Shown piece by piece: positions 52,948 to 64,000 of a DNA stretch of 64,000 bases. Below the pieces are notes generated by a model. It was not told the DNA's origin. It did no database searches and worked only from the letters and a program-made list of their open reading frames with translations. The stretch spans positions 1 through 64,000 of the forward strand of contig RSEE01000025.1 in assembly GCA_003971905.1 (NCBI GenBank). The letters run 5' to 3'. Every line of letters starts with the position of its first letter. Within the stretch, counting starts at the first letter, position 1. Origin of the DNA: Moniliella sp. 'wahieum' (Eukaryota). The position numbers and the translations under genes were made by a program.

Positions 52948-54612
52948 GTCGCGGGGAGCGGTGGGAGGTGGTGGTGGGACGGAGGGGCGACGGTGGTGCT
53001 GAGTGCGGTCTGCGTTGCAGTTTTATCGCACAGGCGCTGCTGCTGGCCGGCCGAGCGGCGGGAAAGAGCAAGGCAGGCGGCCGGCCGCACAGCAGGCAGG
53101 CACGCGGCAGCAGCAGCTGCGTCTGCCAGTCGCAATGCCGCCTGCAGGCCACGGCGGGCCCAACGCCGCAGCACCGCGCCAGTGTCCCGCAGCGCTGCGG
53201 GTTCGCTTGCGGCCGGCCAGGCGCAGCCAGCTGCAAGGTACCGCACCGCACCGTCCTGCGCCTGCGCTGTGCCACCCCCCAGCACCCCGGCGGCCGAACG
53301 TGTCTTGGCCGCCACACGCACCCCGCCAGTGTCCCCACGGGCGGCCCGCACTCAAACCCCGCATGCGCCCCCTACGCGTGGGGACGACCACGACGACCAC
53401 CACTGGGACGACTGGCGGACAGCGCCGGGGGCCGTCTGGAGCGGCGAGCAAGGGCGAGCAAGGGCGACGTAGGCCACGCACTGGCGACACGCCCGCGGGC
53501 GGTGAGCGCTCTGGCGCTCTGGCTGCAGGTGCTGCCTGGAGGCAGTGTGGCCCTCAGCTGACACGCCATCGGCATGGCATCACACACGCCAGCGCGGGGC
53601 TGCCTTGCGTCGCCCCAGTGCCGTCCCTGCCGGCTGACCTGCTGGGTCGCCGTCCTCTACCATCGTTCGTCACGCGTCACGCGTCACTCGTCGCTGGAGT
53701 CACTAGTCGCAGTCACTCGTCACCGTCATCGCGCAACCAGCCGCCTTGGCGACGCGTGATGCATGGCGAGGGTGCATCCGCCTGCCGAGGCTCGGTGCCC
53801 TGGGTGGCCGCCACATGGAGGCACAGCAGCAGTGCTCCCATACTCCCTGCCTGCCGTCTGCCCTCGCCTAGTGTCCGCCGTCTGCCCACCCCTAGCACCT
53901 CGTCCCCACACGGCCTGATTCTGATGCGAGGCTCCTCCCCATCCGCCCCGCCGGTGCTCGTTTGATATGGGGCGTGCTAACGTGTTCTTTCTCCATCTCA
54001 GATCGCGGGCATCACGCCTCAGGCCCTCAGGCCATCAAGCTCATCAAGCCGTCCAAGTCATCGGTCATGACGCTGACGCCGGACGGCTATGCGAAGGGCG
54101 GGACGTTGGACATGTTCGACGTCGATATGCGATAGCGCAGCCAGGGACCGCCGAACGAATGGTGTGCCCCCAACGACTGTTTAGTTTAATCGCCTGTCTC
54201 TGCGGGGGGTGCGGGGGCGGACGATGTGGCAACGAACAGTGGTCTTCGATCGTATTGCTTCTCCGCTGCGTCCCAACACACCTGCAGCCCGGGGACCGCC
54301 GGCTGGAGACCGAGCCTGAAGCTTGAAGCTTGAAAAGCTCCGTGGTGCCCCACCCCTATACACTCCTGTTGTTGTTGGGCGGTTGAGCTTGGGCGCAGCT
54401 CTGCTAGAGTGAGCGCAAAGCACATTGGTGTTGGGCGTGAGCGTTGTTAGTACGGTCAAGAGTACGTTGAACTTTCTGAGATCGGAGATCGGAGATCGGA
54501 TGCCCAGACTTGGCGGCGATCGATGATCGATGATTAATGATTGGGCCGGTGATCAAATGATTTTGGTAATCGGTGATGGTGTGCATGGTATGCTCAGCGC
54601 TCACCCCACGCA

Positions 54613-54654
54613 TCACATGTGATGCATGATGCATGATATATGATGCATGATGCA
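54613..54654. repeat. 7-bp lattice array TSA-[4-bp palindrome]
   Basis: TCA CATG TGA TGCA TGA TGCA TGA TATA TGA TGCA TGA TGCA. Confidence 0.9.
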
Positions 54655-55237
54655 GCGCAGGATGCCCCAACGAGTCTGTGCAGCTCCACAGTTTGACGTT
54701 TTAATTGCTGCTCTCCACCAACACTGCGTCCGCTCATTAAAAAACGAATATGCAGTTTTGGTCTCAGGCTGAGGTCTGCCCCTCTGCCCGGCTGCCCGGC
54801 TGACCGTGACCACTGTCTGACCAGTTTGGCCAAGCACATGCACTATCCACAGGTCAAACCGTGGGGAAAAGTTCGCGGGGCGCTGGAAAGGTGGCACACA
54901 TGCACGGGGATTCCATACTGCGCTCGTAAGAGAGTCGCTCTCGTCTCTACAGGGGAATATCCACCAGTACTCAGTCTGAGTACTCTCAGTATACTCTTCT
55001 TCAGAACCCAGTCTGAGTACTTGGTACTTGGAAGCCGTATTGGACGTACAGACGGCTGGTGCGGAAAGATATATACCAGAGGCATAGCAGGTATATGGCC
55101 TGGTATTGAATTAAGCTTTAGTGTCATGTTGATTAGCACAACACGTGGGGGCCTGTCTTTCCGGCCAGGGCGCCGAAGCAGGGGATGGAATATTGAACGC
55201 GTTGTCGTTTCCAACAAGAAAAGAACCATTGAGACGA

Positions 55238-55296
55238 ACTAGTCACCAGTCACTAGGTCACTAGTCACTATCAGTCACTAGTCACTAGTCGCTAGT
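55238..55296. repeat. Degenerate (TCA CTAG)n array
   Basis: actagtcaccagtcactaggtcactagtcactatcagtcactagtcactagtcgctagt. Confidence 0.85.
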
Positions 55297-56957
55297 TTTC
55301 TACATACTGACTTTGTTGGTCACAGTTTCCTGCCTATTCTTTCTCCGATCGACATGGCCTGTTGGCAGATCGCATCTCGTACGGACATCAGCATGATGCG
55401 CAACATGCATGTTCGCTCAACGGCTCCTAAGCGCCTAAGCATTGGGCTCAGGCGCTCTCGGCAGGCGCTCGCTGCAGGCGCTCAGGCCATTACTGTGGGG
55501 GTAGCGCGTATAGCATGATGCATGTGCGTGACTGTTGGTGACTGCGGTGACTGGAGGGTCAGGCGGTCAGGACGGTCAGGAGACTCGGCCAGCCAATCTC
55601 AGATGTCATCGATCATCGCCTTTGGCCTACAGCCGCCACTCGACCGCCCACCCTCCTTCGGCTTTGGTGGCGGCGCCGCGACCCTAATGCTCTCATCAGC
55701 ACCATCAGCGTCTCAACGCCAGCGTGCCCCCGCGCCGGTTCGTCTAGGAACCAGTACTGTGCATTGCATCAGATGGATAAACGTATAAACACGTTAAACC
55801 TTATTATACGCTTTCCGTTTATCCGTTGCGCGTTCCGCGTTCCGCGTTATCGATTATCGCCGTTGGGGGACTTGACGTGTGACGTTCACAGTTAACATTT
55901 AAACGTTAACGCGTTAACTGGTTAACGGGTCAACGTTTAACGTTACGTTGAACGTCGAACGCGCCCCTGTGGCAAATAGGCCAGAACTAGGGGTTTGATT
56001 CTGGCATTGGGGCCATGGGTTTCCTGAGACCTCAGCCGGAAGCCTGAGACCTGTTCATTCCCCACAGTAGTGGCAACGAGGCCGAGGGGCCCCGTTGGGG
56101 TAGCTTACTATCTGATGATGGGGAGAAAGCCAGTCATCCTACTGTTGCGCTACTTGCTCGGTATATTGCAGCAACTAATCCTCCACGCCATCACCCAGAG
56201 GCAGTCTCAGACAAGAATGCACCAACCGAGCGGAGACGGAATGCGCCCCGGGTTGCAGGAACGTACATAGAGCGGTACTACGTACGCGCCGGGGGAAACG
56301 CCCCTGACAAGTACATTGATGAGCATATGAATGGTGGCACACAGGCCGCGGGAGAAAGCGAAACAAGATGGTAAGACATTCATGGAAGGATGCGGATGAG
56401 AAGCATGGACCCAGAGGGAAAGCGGGGTTAGGCCTTAGGGGGAGTGTGTTAAGGAGTCGAGAGGGATAGGCGGGGAAGAGGGGCGGAGATCGAAACCACA
56501 GATGCGGAGGTGAGAAGGAACGTGACCACACACCTCCGAGCCAGGAGATCAGAGCGGTCTTTGCTAGGGTCATAATAGTGCAAATATGCCCCCCCCTTCT
56601 CCTCTGCTTTAGTCCCGCAGGTTGGACGGATGAGAAAACTGATGACGAGGATTACACGATAAACCATCCAGAAATGGAACGAGGGAGATACAACGCGCAG
56701 GGTTAGGTGGCAGGGTGCAGATGTAAAATGTCATAATGTAGTGGCCTGGGCCGCACACCAAAAGCATCATCCCCTCGATCTGGATGGCGTATACTTCCCC
56801 AACAAACGCGACGAGGACACCCCGTTCAAATACAGGGTCAAGTGGTACGGATCGGTAGGGTGATTGGTTGTCCATCATAACCTTCAGGGCCGATGTAGGA
56901 ATGCAAGGATGGGTTTTTGGGCCCTCGTAGAGGTAGGATGCGAGGAGGGTCGCCAGC

Positions 56958-58231
56958 TTAAAGGACTCTTGGCAAAGTAGGGGTGGTGTTGCCATTGCGC
57001 AGCCTGTGGTCATAGTTTCCCTTACCGGGCTTGGAAGTAGATGAAGGTGGTGGTGAAACGGTCCGGGCGCCGTCAAGCCAGAGTTCGCGTGGGCTGCGAT
57101 CGGGGCGCGGAAGGGGGCTTTCCTCTGCGAAATGACTTTGAGCTGGATCTACCATTTCGACTGGCGTAGGAGAGGCAGTGTTGTCCGTACGTTCTTCTTC
57201 TCTCTCCGTTCCTCCTCGTCATGGTCAAGCAAAGACTGTCGAATGGCCTGTAGCAGCATGCTCTGCTCCAGTTCACCTGCTGACGGGGCGACTCGCCCCC
57301 TCGGCCGGGCGTTGGGCCGCCTAGGAAGCTCCCTTGATCCTGGGTCCGTTGGCATAGTCGGGGCCCCTTCGCCGCCCGAACGGGAGGGTGCAGACGCACT
57401 AACGTGCGATGACCTGAAGGCAACGGGTACCAGGTGGCCATCGACGTTGCGCATAACGATGCGACGGTTTGCCTTACGCGCTTGAGCAGCCTTGGCAGCC
57501 TCGAGCTGTGCCTCCCAAATAGGGCGGATCTCATCGACGGTTACCACGTACGGATTGGCAGTATCAAGGCCACGTTGAATTGGATCCATATCTTGAACAA
57601 GGACAGGCCCGGTCGGGCCGATTTCCGGGGACGATCATGAAGCAAGACGTTTTCGAGGACGGCACGGGTGGTTTGTAGATGACCCCAAAGTCGACCTTCA
57701 TGCAAAAGGGGCATGGCACTGGTGGGCTGGTGGGCGGAATGGACTGGAATGGGTCGGGACGACGGGACTGGACAAAGCATTCGGTACAGATGTGCTGGGC
57801 AGCAACGTGTACGATTTAGTGGTGAAGGATAAACGAGCATGCAGATAGGGCATTCAGTCGGAACTACTCGCCCCGCAAAGCAGCCAGCCAGTTCATCCAC
57901 CTCATCGACACCGTGGTAGAACGGGGCAAGACGGCGAGAACAGATGAGCGTCTTGACAATGTCGTGCGAGTAGTCCTGGATCGTATTTGCATACACTCCA
58001 GTCGTCACAAGAAGACCAGAGTCAAAAGTGGCAGGCCAGCAGATCTCAGACTTGGAGGTGCGCCGGCCATCGGGTCCGTGGGGAGGGCGGGAGGGGGAGA
58101 GGGAGGGAGGGGGACACAGGGCCGAACTGGGGCCGGAACTTGGGATGGAGATCGATGGCGGGCCGGGCATGAGAGCTGCGGCTACGGTTGGATGAGGCGG
58201 TTGCGACCTCGCGACCGTTGGCCTGGCCCAT
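56958..58231 (-). CDS. SIP5: Sip5-like RING-finger protein; frameshifted, 3' end uncertain
   Basis: MGQ start; TFDSGLL..GVY..QDY..IVK.LI..RRLAPFY.G; ECPICMLVYPSPLNRTRCC; VTVDEIRP.WE..L..A..ARKANRRIVM; UIM-like ELEQSMLLQAIRQSL. Confidence 0.8.
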
Positions 58232-58712
58232 GGTGCGAAGCTGGTGGGAAGAGAGGATGTAGGGTCACACAAGACGGTGGTGGTAATAAGCGTTGAGTTG
58301 CTAAAAGCGCGGTGGTTACGCGTTACGCTTCAAGCTTCAAGTTTCAAGGGCGACGGACTGAGCCCCCTCAGCGCCTCAGCCTCAGCGCGCTGAGCACCCC
58401 TCGGCGTTTCAGTGATTCAAAAAGCTGAACATCAAAAAATGGCCTGCGCAGAGGACTATACTAAGCTCCTCAGCCGGATGAGCGCGTCAGCTGGCCATCT
58501 GCTCGTGGCCTCGGAATGCCTAAGCGGCTCAGCGCGCTGAGATGCTGTGGACCAGGGGCATAGGTCGATAATCGATAACTAGTAACTGGTACAACTACTA
58601 CAGCTTCAAGCTCCAAGTTCCAGCTTCTCGAACTCTCCTTAACTGCTCCTCAAGCTTCAAGCTTTTCAAGCTCAAATAGCTTCACTGGAGTCGCTATAAT
58701 ACTTGACTGGCT

Positions 58713-58757
58713 TCAAGCTTCAAGCTTCAAGCTTCACTAGTCACTAGTCACTAGTCA
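58713..58757. repeat. 7-bp lattice array with an in-register switch of spacer palindrome
   Basis: TCA AGCT TCA AGCT TCA AGCT TCA CTAG TCA CTAG TCA CTAG TCA. Confidence 0.9.
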
Positions 58758-61700
58758 CTTCTGGCCACTGTGACAATCAATAGTCACTAGTTCCTGTGTC
58801 TAGATGTGACATGTGACTAGTCACTATTCACGCTGGTCGTAGCCACATCTGTGAGATACCCACGCACGCAGAAAATTCACATCTGCCGCTCCGATGCTCG
58901 AACATTAACCATTGCGATCACCGAGAGATCATCGAGACAGTCGATCGCCAAGACCATCAATGCCGGGGTCGTCATGACAAGCATCTGTGATGGATTGCCT
59001 GATGCGTTAGCGCTTAGCGCACAAGCTCCATGCGCGCTCAGGCTGAGCGCTGCGTAAGCGGCAGGTCCACAACCACATGTCCCAGCAAGCAAATTGGCAT
59101 ACCCATAGAATTCACGGTGCTCAATCATAGCGCGCTCCGTGGTTCTATATAGATTCGCTCAGGGTTGCAATTAAATGGAAAAGATTGTGAAGCTGAAGAT
59201 GCAGTGAAGAGAGCTCGATTGGTTCAAAACGTTCCAGATTCAAAGTAAGGCATTGCAGCTGAAACGCGTGAGCGGAGATGCGCAGACGTTAGAGAAGCTC
59301 GCAAACGGGTGCATGATTACCCAAAGGGACATATATGCGTAACGCAAAAAAAGGAAATGTCGAACGTGCGTTGAACGTTCAGGTCAAACATGCTGGAGCG
59401 TGGAGATCAATCTGCCGTAGTCACGTCCCCAAAGTGCAGGTGCTATGCAGACGTAGGGAGAAGACAGAATCTGTGGATCTAATATCTCTAGCCCGCGGAC
59501 TAAGGATGGGAGGAAGAAGAAAAGAGTGATGCCAGACTCGCGCCGTGCTATGGGGCCCTTGACATGGGCGTTCCCAGTCCGGGCGCCCGTCCCGGAGCTT
59601 TTAAATTGGGTGCAATCTGTTGGGGTTCGGAAGGGGACTATTTTGGAGAGAATCTGTTCGCCAATGCTCTCATCTCGTCGGGGAATTGGAAGAGAATACA
59701 GGCTCCGTTGGCTCGCCGCAAACGTGTGTCCGCATTGCAGCGTGCGTCATCGTGGGTTTGGCCTTGGGACTTACGAAGGGGATCGGCGCGATCCGCTGGT
59801 TGGCCATAGCCAGCGTTTTCGTCCGTAGCGCGCACAATAAAAGGAAAATCGCACTATGACAATGGATGTGGATACCAGTGGCATGATGCTTGCATGTTCG
59901 CAGAAGGACAGTTTGACTTTCAAGGAGGCTAGCCCTCTCTCTGCGATCTGACCCTCGGTCAATAAGACGGGCCAACAGACAAATGGTAGTGGAAAGAGAC
60001 AAGGGCCTCACTGTAGTTGTGTGTAAAATAACGGGTCGTTGGAAGGATGGGTACATGTCACAAAATGCCGATAGTGACGCTTGACGGAATGAACTCACCC
60101 AGGCTCACTCCGTTCACCCCCCAGCGACCGCCCAGGAGCGGGCACAACGGAAACAGCTGACCATAATGTGTGGCCATGCAAAACCAAACGAAGGTGTGGA
60201 CCAGGCAGGCGGAGAGAAGCTGTTGGATGTTGACAATGACTAATGACCAATGGTTAACTGATTCACTTGCAACCAACACATGCGTTGCAACAGCGGGCGT
60301 GTGGGGATATCTCGGCGTTGGCGGGGGTATCTGCGCCACAGTTGCAGCAGTGGCACAGATAGCTGTACAGGGTCTAGAGAAGCACCAAGCGCCGAACGTC
60401 GAGGGTCGAGTACCGAGCGCCGAGCTGCGATGATCGAGGAGGAGTCACATGTCACATCACCCACATCGAGACTGACTGAGTACTGAATTCAGTGTTGAAC
60501 GGGGGTGCGCTTCATGTTGCATGCTAAGCACATGCGCTGGGTCGATGGAGGTGGGGAGACCAGTGAAGTAGTGCAACGCTTGACGACAGATCAAACGAAA
60601 CGACACGCAGGCCTGTTCACACGGCCCTATCTGTTCACGTTCACAGACCATGCCATTGCACCGATGGCCCAACGGCACTTGGCAGTGCGACACGGCGTAC
60701 TTGTCCGCTTGCTAGCGACTAGTTACTCCGAGCGCATCGCTGCTACACCCGCCGGCTGCTGCTCACGCGGCTTCTGCCGGCGCCGGGAAAGACCAGCGTC
60801 AGCGCCCAGCCTCAGCGAAACCGATCATCTCGGGGATCGATCATCGATCATCGATCACATCGCCAGGGCCGCCTAGCACACTGGGCAAGTGACTATAAGT
60901 GACTAGTGGCGTGTGACTGGCTCAGCGCTCCGGCTGGGCACTAGCCTGCACTGGCTCGTACTCATGCATCATGCATCATGCATCATGCTGCATGGCAAGT
61001 GACCTAGGTAGTCACTAGTCAGCGCACAGCGCCCAGCGCCGCCGGGGAGATGCAGCGCCCAGACGCAAGTCCTGAAGGCGTGACGCTCTCCTACACGACC
61101 CCCATCACGTCCACGTCCACCGTGTCCCCCACCCGCCAAGACGAGCGGCCAGGTGCACCAACCTGCTCTCCCCGACCCTCCCACACGCTGCTCTCTTGTC
61201 TCGCCCCGCCGTCTCTCAGGGCTCGCTCGTCACCCCGTATCTTCTGCCCCTGCGCCTCTCCGCGGCCCTGGCGCTCCTGCTCCTTCTGCTCTACTCCTAC
61301 TTCTGCTGCCGCTACCCCTGTCGCGACCCCCTACTTCGGCTCCTGCGTCTTCCCCCCCCTGCTATCATCCATGACCCCTCCAACTCCCCCCTGCCCCCGC
61401 TCCCGTCCGCTCCCGCAAGCGCGGTTTGGGCGAAGTTGATATGGACGACGTCAGCGCCGCATCCAAGGCAGTTTCCCCTGAACCTACTTTTCACTGCCGC
61501 TCGGCAAGCGTTTGCATCGCAGTGCGCTCTGTGCGCCTACCCCTCTCCATTCCCCCCTGCTTCCCCCCGCGACCCAACCGACGGCGTGACCGCAAGCTCA
61601 TTGGCCCGCCTGGACGAGTGCCTTTGCCGCGTGCATACAGTGCGTGGTGATGCGCACTCTGGTCCGTCAGCCCCCAGCGCTGGGTCAACCTGGACTTCTT

Positions 61701-62554
61701 GGTCTACCTTTGCCAGCCAGACGATCTCCCACCGCTCAGCACACCTACCTCCACCCCGTCTTCGTACAACGTTTCCCCTTCCCCTAGGATTGGCGAAGAA
61801 AATCCTTTCCTCTCTGGGCCCAAGGAACCGAGAGGCCTTGCCAGGCTCGCTCCTTTCCATTAGGCCTCAACCCTGACCTCACTCGCCATTTTCGACTCGA
61901 GATGGCCATAAACCTTGGACCCCACCCTCGATATGATTCCAATGCGGTGCGCTTGCTGGCCTCTTCACACCGCATCTAGCATCCGTCTTGGGCCCCTGCT
62001 CATGGGCTTTACCAATTCCCCTCCACGAACCAAAACCGGACGCCCAACAGCCCTCGCGTTACCCTCGCCTGTGTCTTTTTATGTCTGCTCCCCAATATGC
62101 CTTGTCCTCGATTGCGCTCCTGGCCAAAATAGCTACTTCAAGTGGTCCTACCGGATCAAAACCGATCATTTGCTGTTTGCATGGCAGGGGTTGCCTTTGG
62201 GTTGGCATTCCCCTGCCTACCCGAGCACCGCTCCTCCGCATCGCCACCTCCATCTCCGTTCGAGCATTTTCTTTATGACCCCACTTTCACATTGCCGTCA
62301 TTGGTTCTCCTGGTCCACTCCATCTTGCCCTTGCTATCTTTGCATTTCCCCTCATGGGGCAATTTTCTTGTGAAGAACAATAAGAATAAGTTGCAGTGCA
62401 GGCGATATGACCCTGGTGCCATAGCGGCCTCATATTACAGCCTGAGACGGCCTGGGACGGCGTGGGGTATGTGGATGATAGCATGGGGATCCGTCATCAA
62501 GGTAAACCGATCGCCCGACGACACGAAGCAATTCAGGGTGTCGGCGTGTCAAGT

Positions 62555-63226
62555 TCAACGTGCACCTGACCAAGTGTCAGCACAGGTCAGAAAAGGAACA
62601 AGATGCAAGAAGATAAACATACCCTTTGGGCTAGGCACATCGGTCGATCCAGTGCGAGCAGTAGCCTGTGAAGGTCAGGGCAAGCGCCTTAAAGGCTGAT
62701 TTGGCGCGGTGAATGGCCATTCTCGCCACGCGACATGTCCAAATCAAGTGTAACATGGGCAGTGTAGCAAACGAAGCAAATACGTGCGGGATCATTTCGT
62801 TCGACAGATCGCCAACCTTTTCCCGCCGAAGGTGGAGATCGGTAACGGGGAACGCAGTGCTCGCGCCAGGAAATGTCCAGCACGGCCCTCGACAGGGACA
62901 CGTCGAGGGAGGCAAAGCCAGTGCCGTACCGAGGAATGCCACGCACAGAACCAAGCGCCTGCTGAAATACATCGCCCGGGGAATCACACAGTCCTCAGCA
63001 ATATGGTGGTCGTCGACTCACGGGTCACCATTGCACTTGAGCATCAAGGACATGCCGCCATGTTTGGCGAGCCCAGTGAACATGTGATCCAAAAACCCAA
63101 TCCCAGTCGAGATGGAGATGGCCTGAGGCGCAGCAGGAGCCGTATCCAAGGCTATGATGAGCGGCTGGTCTCGCCCACCTCGCTCTGCACGGTGGCTTAG
63201 CGAATCTGCCCCTCGGAAGCCGACAT
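62555..63226 (-). pseudogene. HIS3: Imidazoleglycerol-phosphate dehydratase (HIS3) pseudogene, full length, intron retained
   Basis: [107 protein letters not shown]. Two in-frame stops, frameshifts, and an intron at 62566-62622. Confidence 0.85.
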
Positions 63227-63340
63227 GGCGAGGGAAAGTTGTATGGCAAAGCGGCCACAGGTCATACGACTGTGGGTATTGTCGGCAAAACGATATAAGC
63301 GGGACATCGAGGACGATATATCTCCCAGCAAGGACGAGAC

Positions 63341-64000
63341 TTAGACTGGGAGGGCTTTGTCCCCGGAGTCACTGATCGGGGACTGGGTAAAGTAGAGCTT
63401 CAACTCTCGTTGTGACACATTGACAAGGGAATAGTAGTTCTCTCGTGGTACGAGAAACATGCCACCCGGAGCAATGATGAACTCACTTCGACCTACCTTG
63501 GCCAAAACCGCTCCCTGGATCACGAAAAAGATCTTTGTTCAGAGTACAATATCAGTATCTTGCAAGCCCACAGTCTTTAACAAAGAACGGCAAACGTACA
63601 TAGTTGCTGCCTTCACTTGAATTGGTGGCCTTGCTTGCGCCTACCGGGACCGATATGATCCCGTTACCATCATATCGTCGGAGGATAAGAGCGTTCGGGA
63701 GGAATATATGCCTCCATCCGACACCAGTGGACTTGCTTGAGACGCGGTGCACACAATCACCCGCTCCACTTCCCGACCGAGGCTTGCATCCCACACCCGC
63801 TGCGTACGCTCCGTCTTCTCGTCCATCCCGTCTTCTACTGCCACATTGTCAGCAGTAGGGTCTAACTCGACATATCCGCCCTCCTGCTCCTGCAAATGCT
63901 CATGTTGTAGCACGCCATGGTCTTGCATCACTTCCTTTGAAGAGGGGGTCGTTTCTTGCTTGGTGTGAGGTGCTGTGCTCGACTTGGAGCGCTTTGGCCC
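63341..64000 (-). CDS. MIF2: 3' part of CENP-C/Mif2-like kinetochore protein (cupin domain); runs off the window end
   Basis: [33 protein letters not shown] | [39 protein letters not shown]. Intron 63533-63599 with an AAG acceptor. Confidence 0.75.

Noticed and set aside
1268..58231. Pervasive frameshifts read as mass pseudogenisation, programmed frameshifting or RNA editing
   Set aside because: They affect essential genes (DIS3, DHR1, RPS22, GDI1, UTP15), are mostly 1-2 nt losses often in homopolymers or short repeats, and leave the amino-acid sequence otherwise conserved. This is typical unpolished long-read error.
59500..60460. Possible further gene relic (minus-strand NHWSLVIV resembles the Ulp1 protease His motif)
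   Set aside because: Single short motif with no supporting Asp/Gln/Cys motifs.
54318..61030. Palindromic short repeats read as a CRISPR array, telomeric repeats or transposon ends
   Set aside because: Eukaryotic context; units are 7 bp with no unique spacers, no cas or transposase ORF, and no TIR/TSD pair.
61050..62373. Possible plus-strand membrane-protein gene or relic
   Set aside because: Fragmented ORFs with a hydrophobic stretch but no motif I can assign; needs a homology search.

Overview
GC-rich, gene-dense fungal chromosomal DNA from a basidiomycete, probably Ustilaginomycotina (inferred from short GT..CTRAC..YAG introns and the protein set). It encodes about 19 recognisable genes: a kelch/Tea1-like protein, DIS3, an FLX1-like carrier, a LISK-type kinase, a SAP/Tho1 protein, DHR1, three Zn2Cys6 factors, RPS22, SDH2, YPT7, a CX5R phosphatase, CBC2, UTP15, GDI1, a CBM21 PP1-targeting subunit, SIP5 and the 3' end of MIF2/CENP-C. 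Nearly all genes, including essential ones, carry 1-2 nt frameshifts, which points to unpolished long-read assembly errors, so CDS coordinates are gene spans rather than clean ORFs. The most unusual signal is an intergenic 7-bp lattice in which TCA/TGA alternates in register with interchangeable 4-bp palindromes. Other highlights are an H/ACA snoRNA (snR44-like) in an RPS22 intron, a structured RPS22 5'-UTR intron with a uORF, a Pro->Met change at the SdhB quinone/SDHI site, decayed HIS3 and synaptojanin copies, a 6-nt microexon in YPT7 and a triplicated 30-aa motif in DHR1. All family assignments come from motif recognition; no database searches were run.
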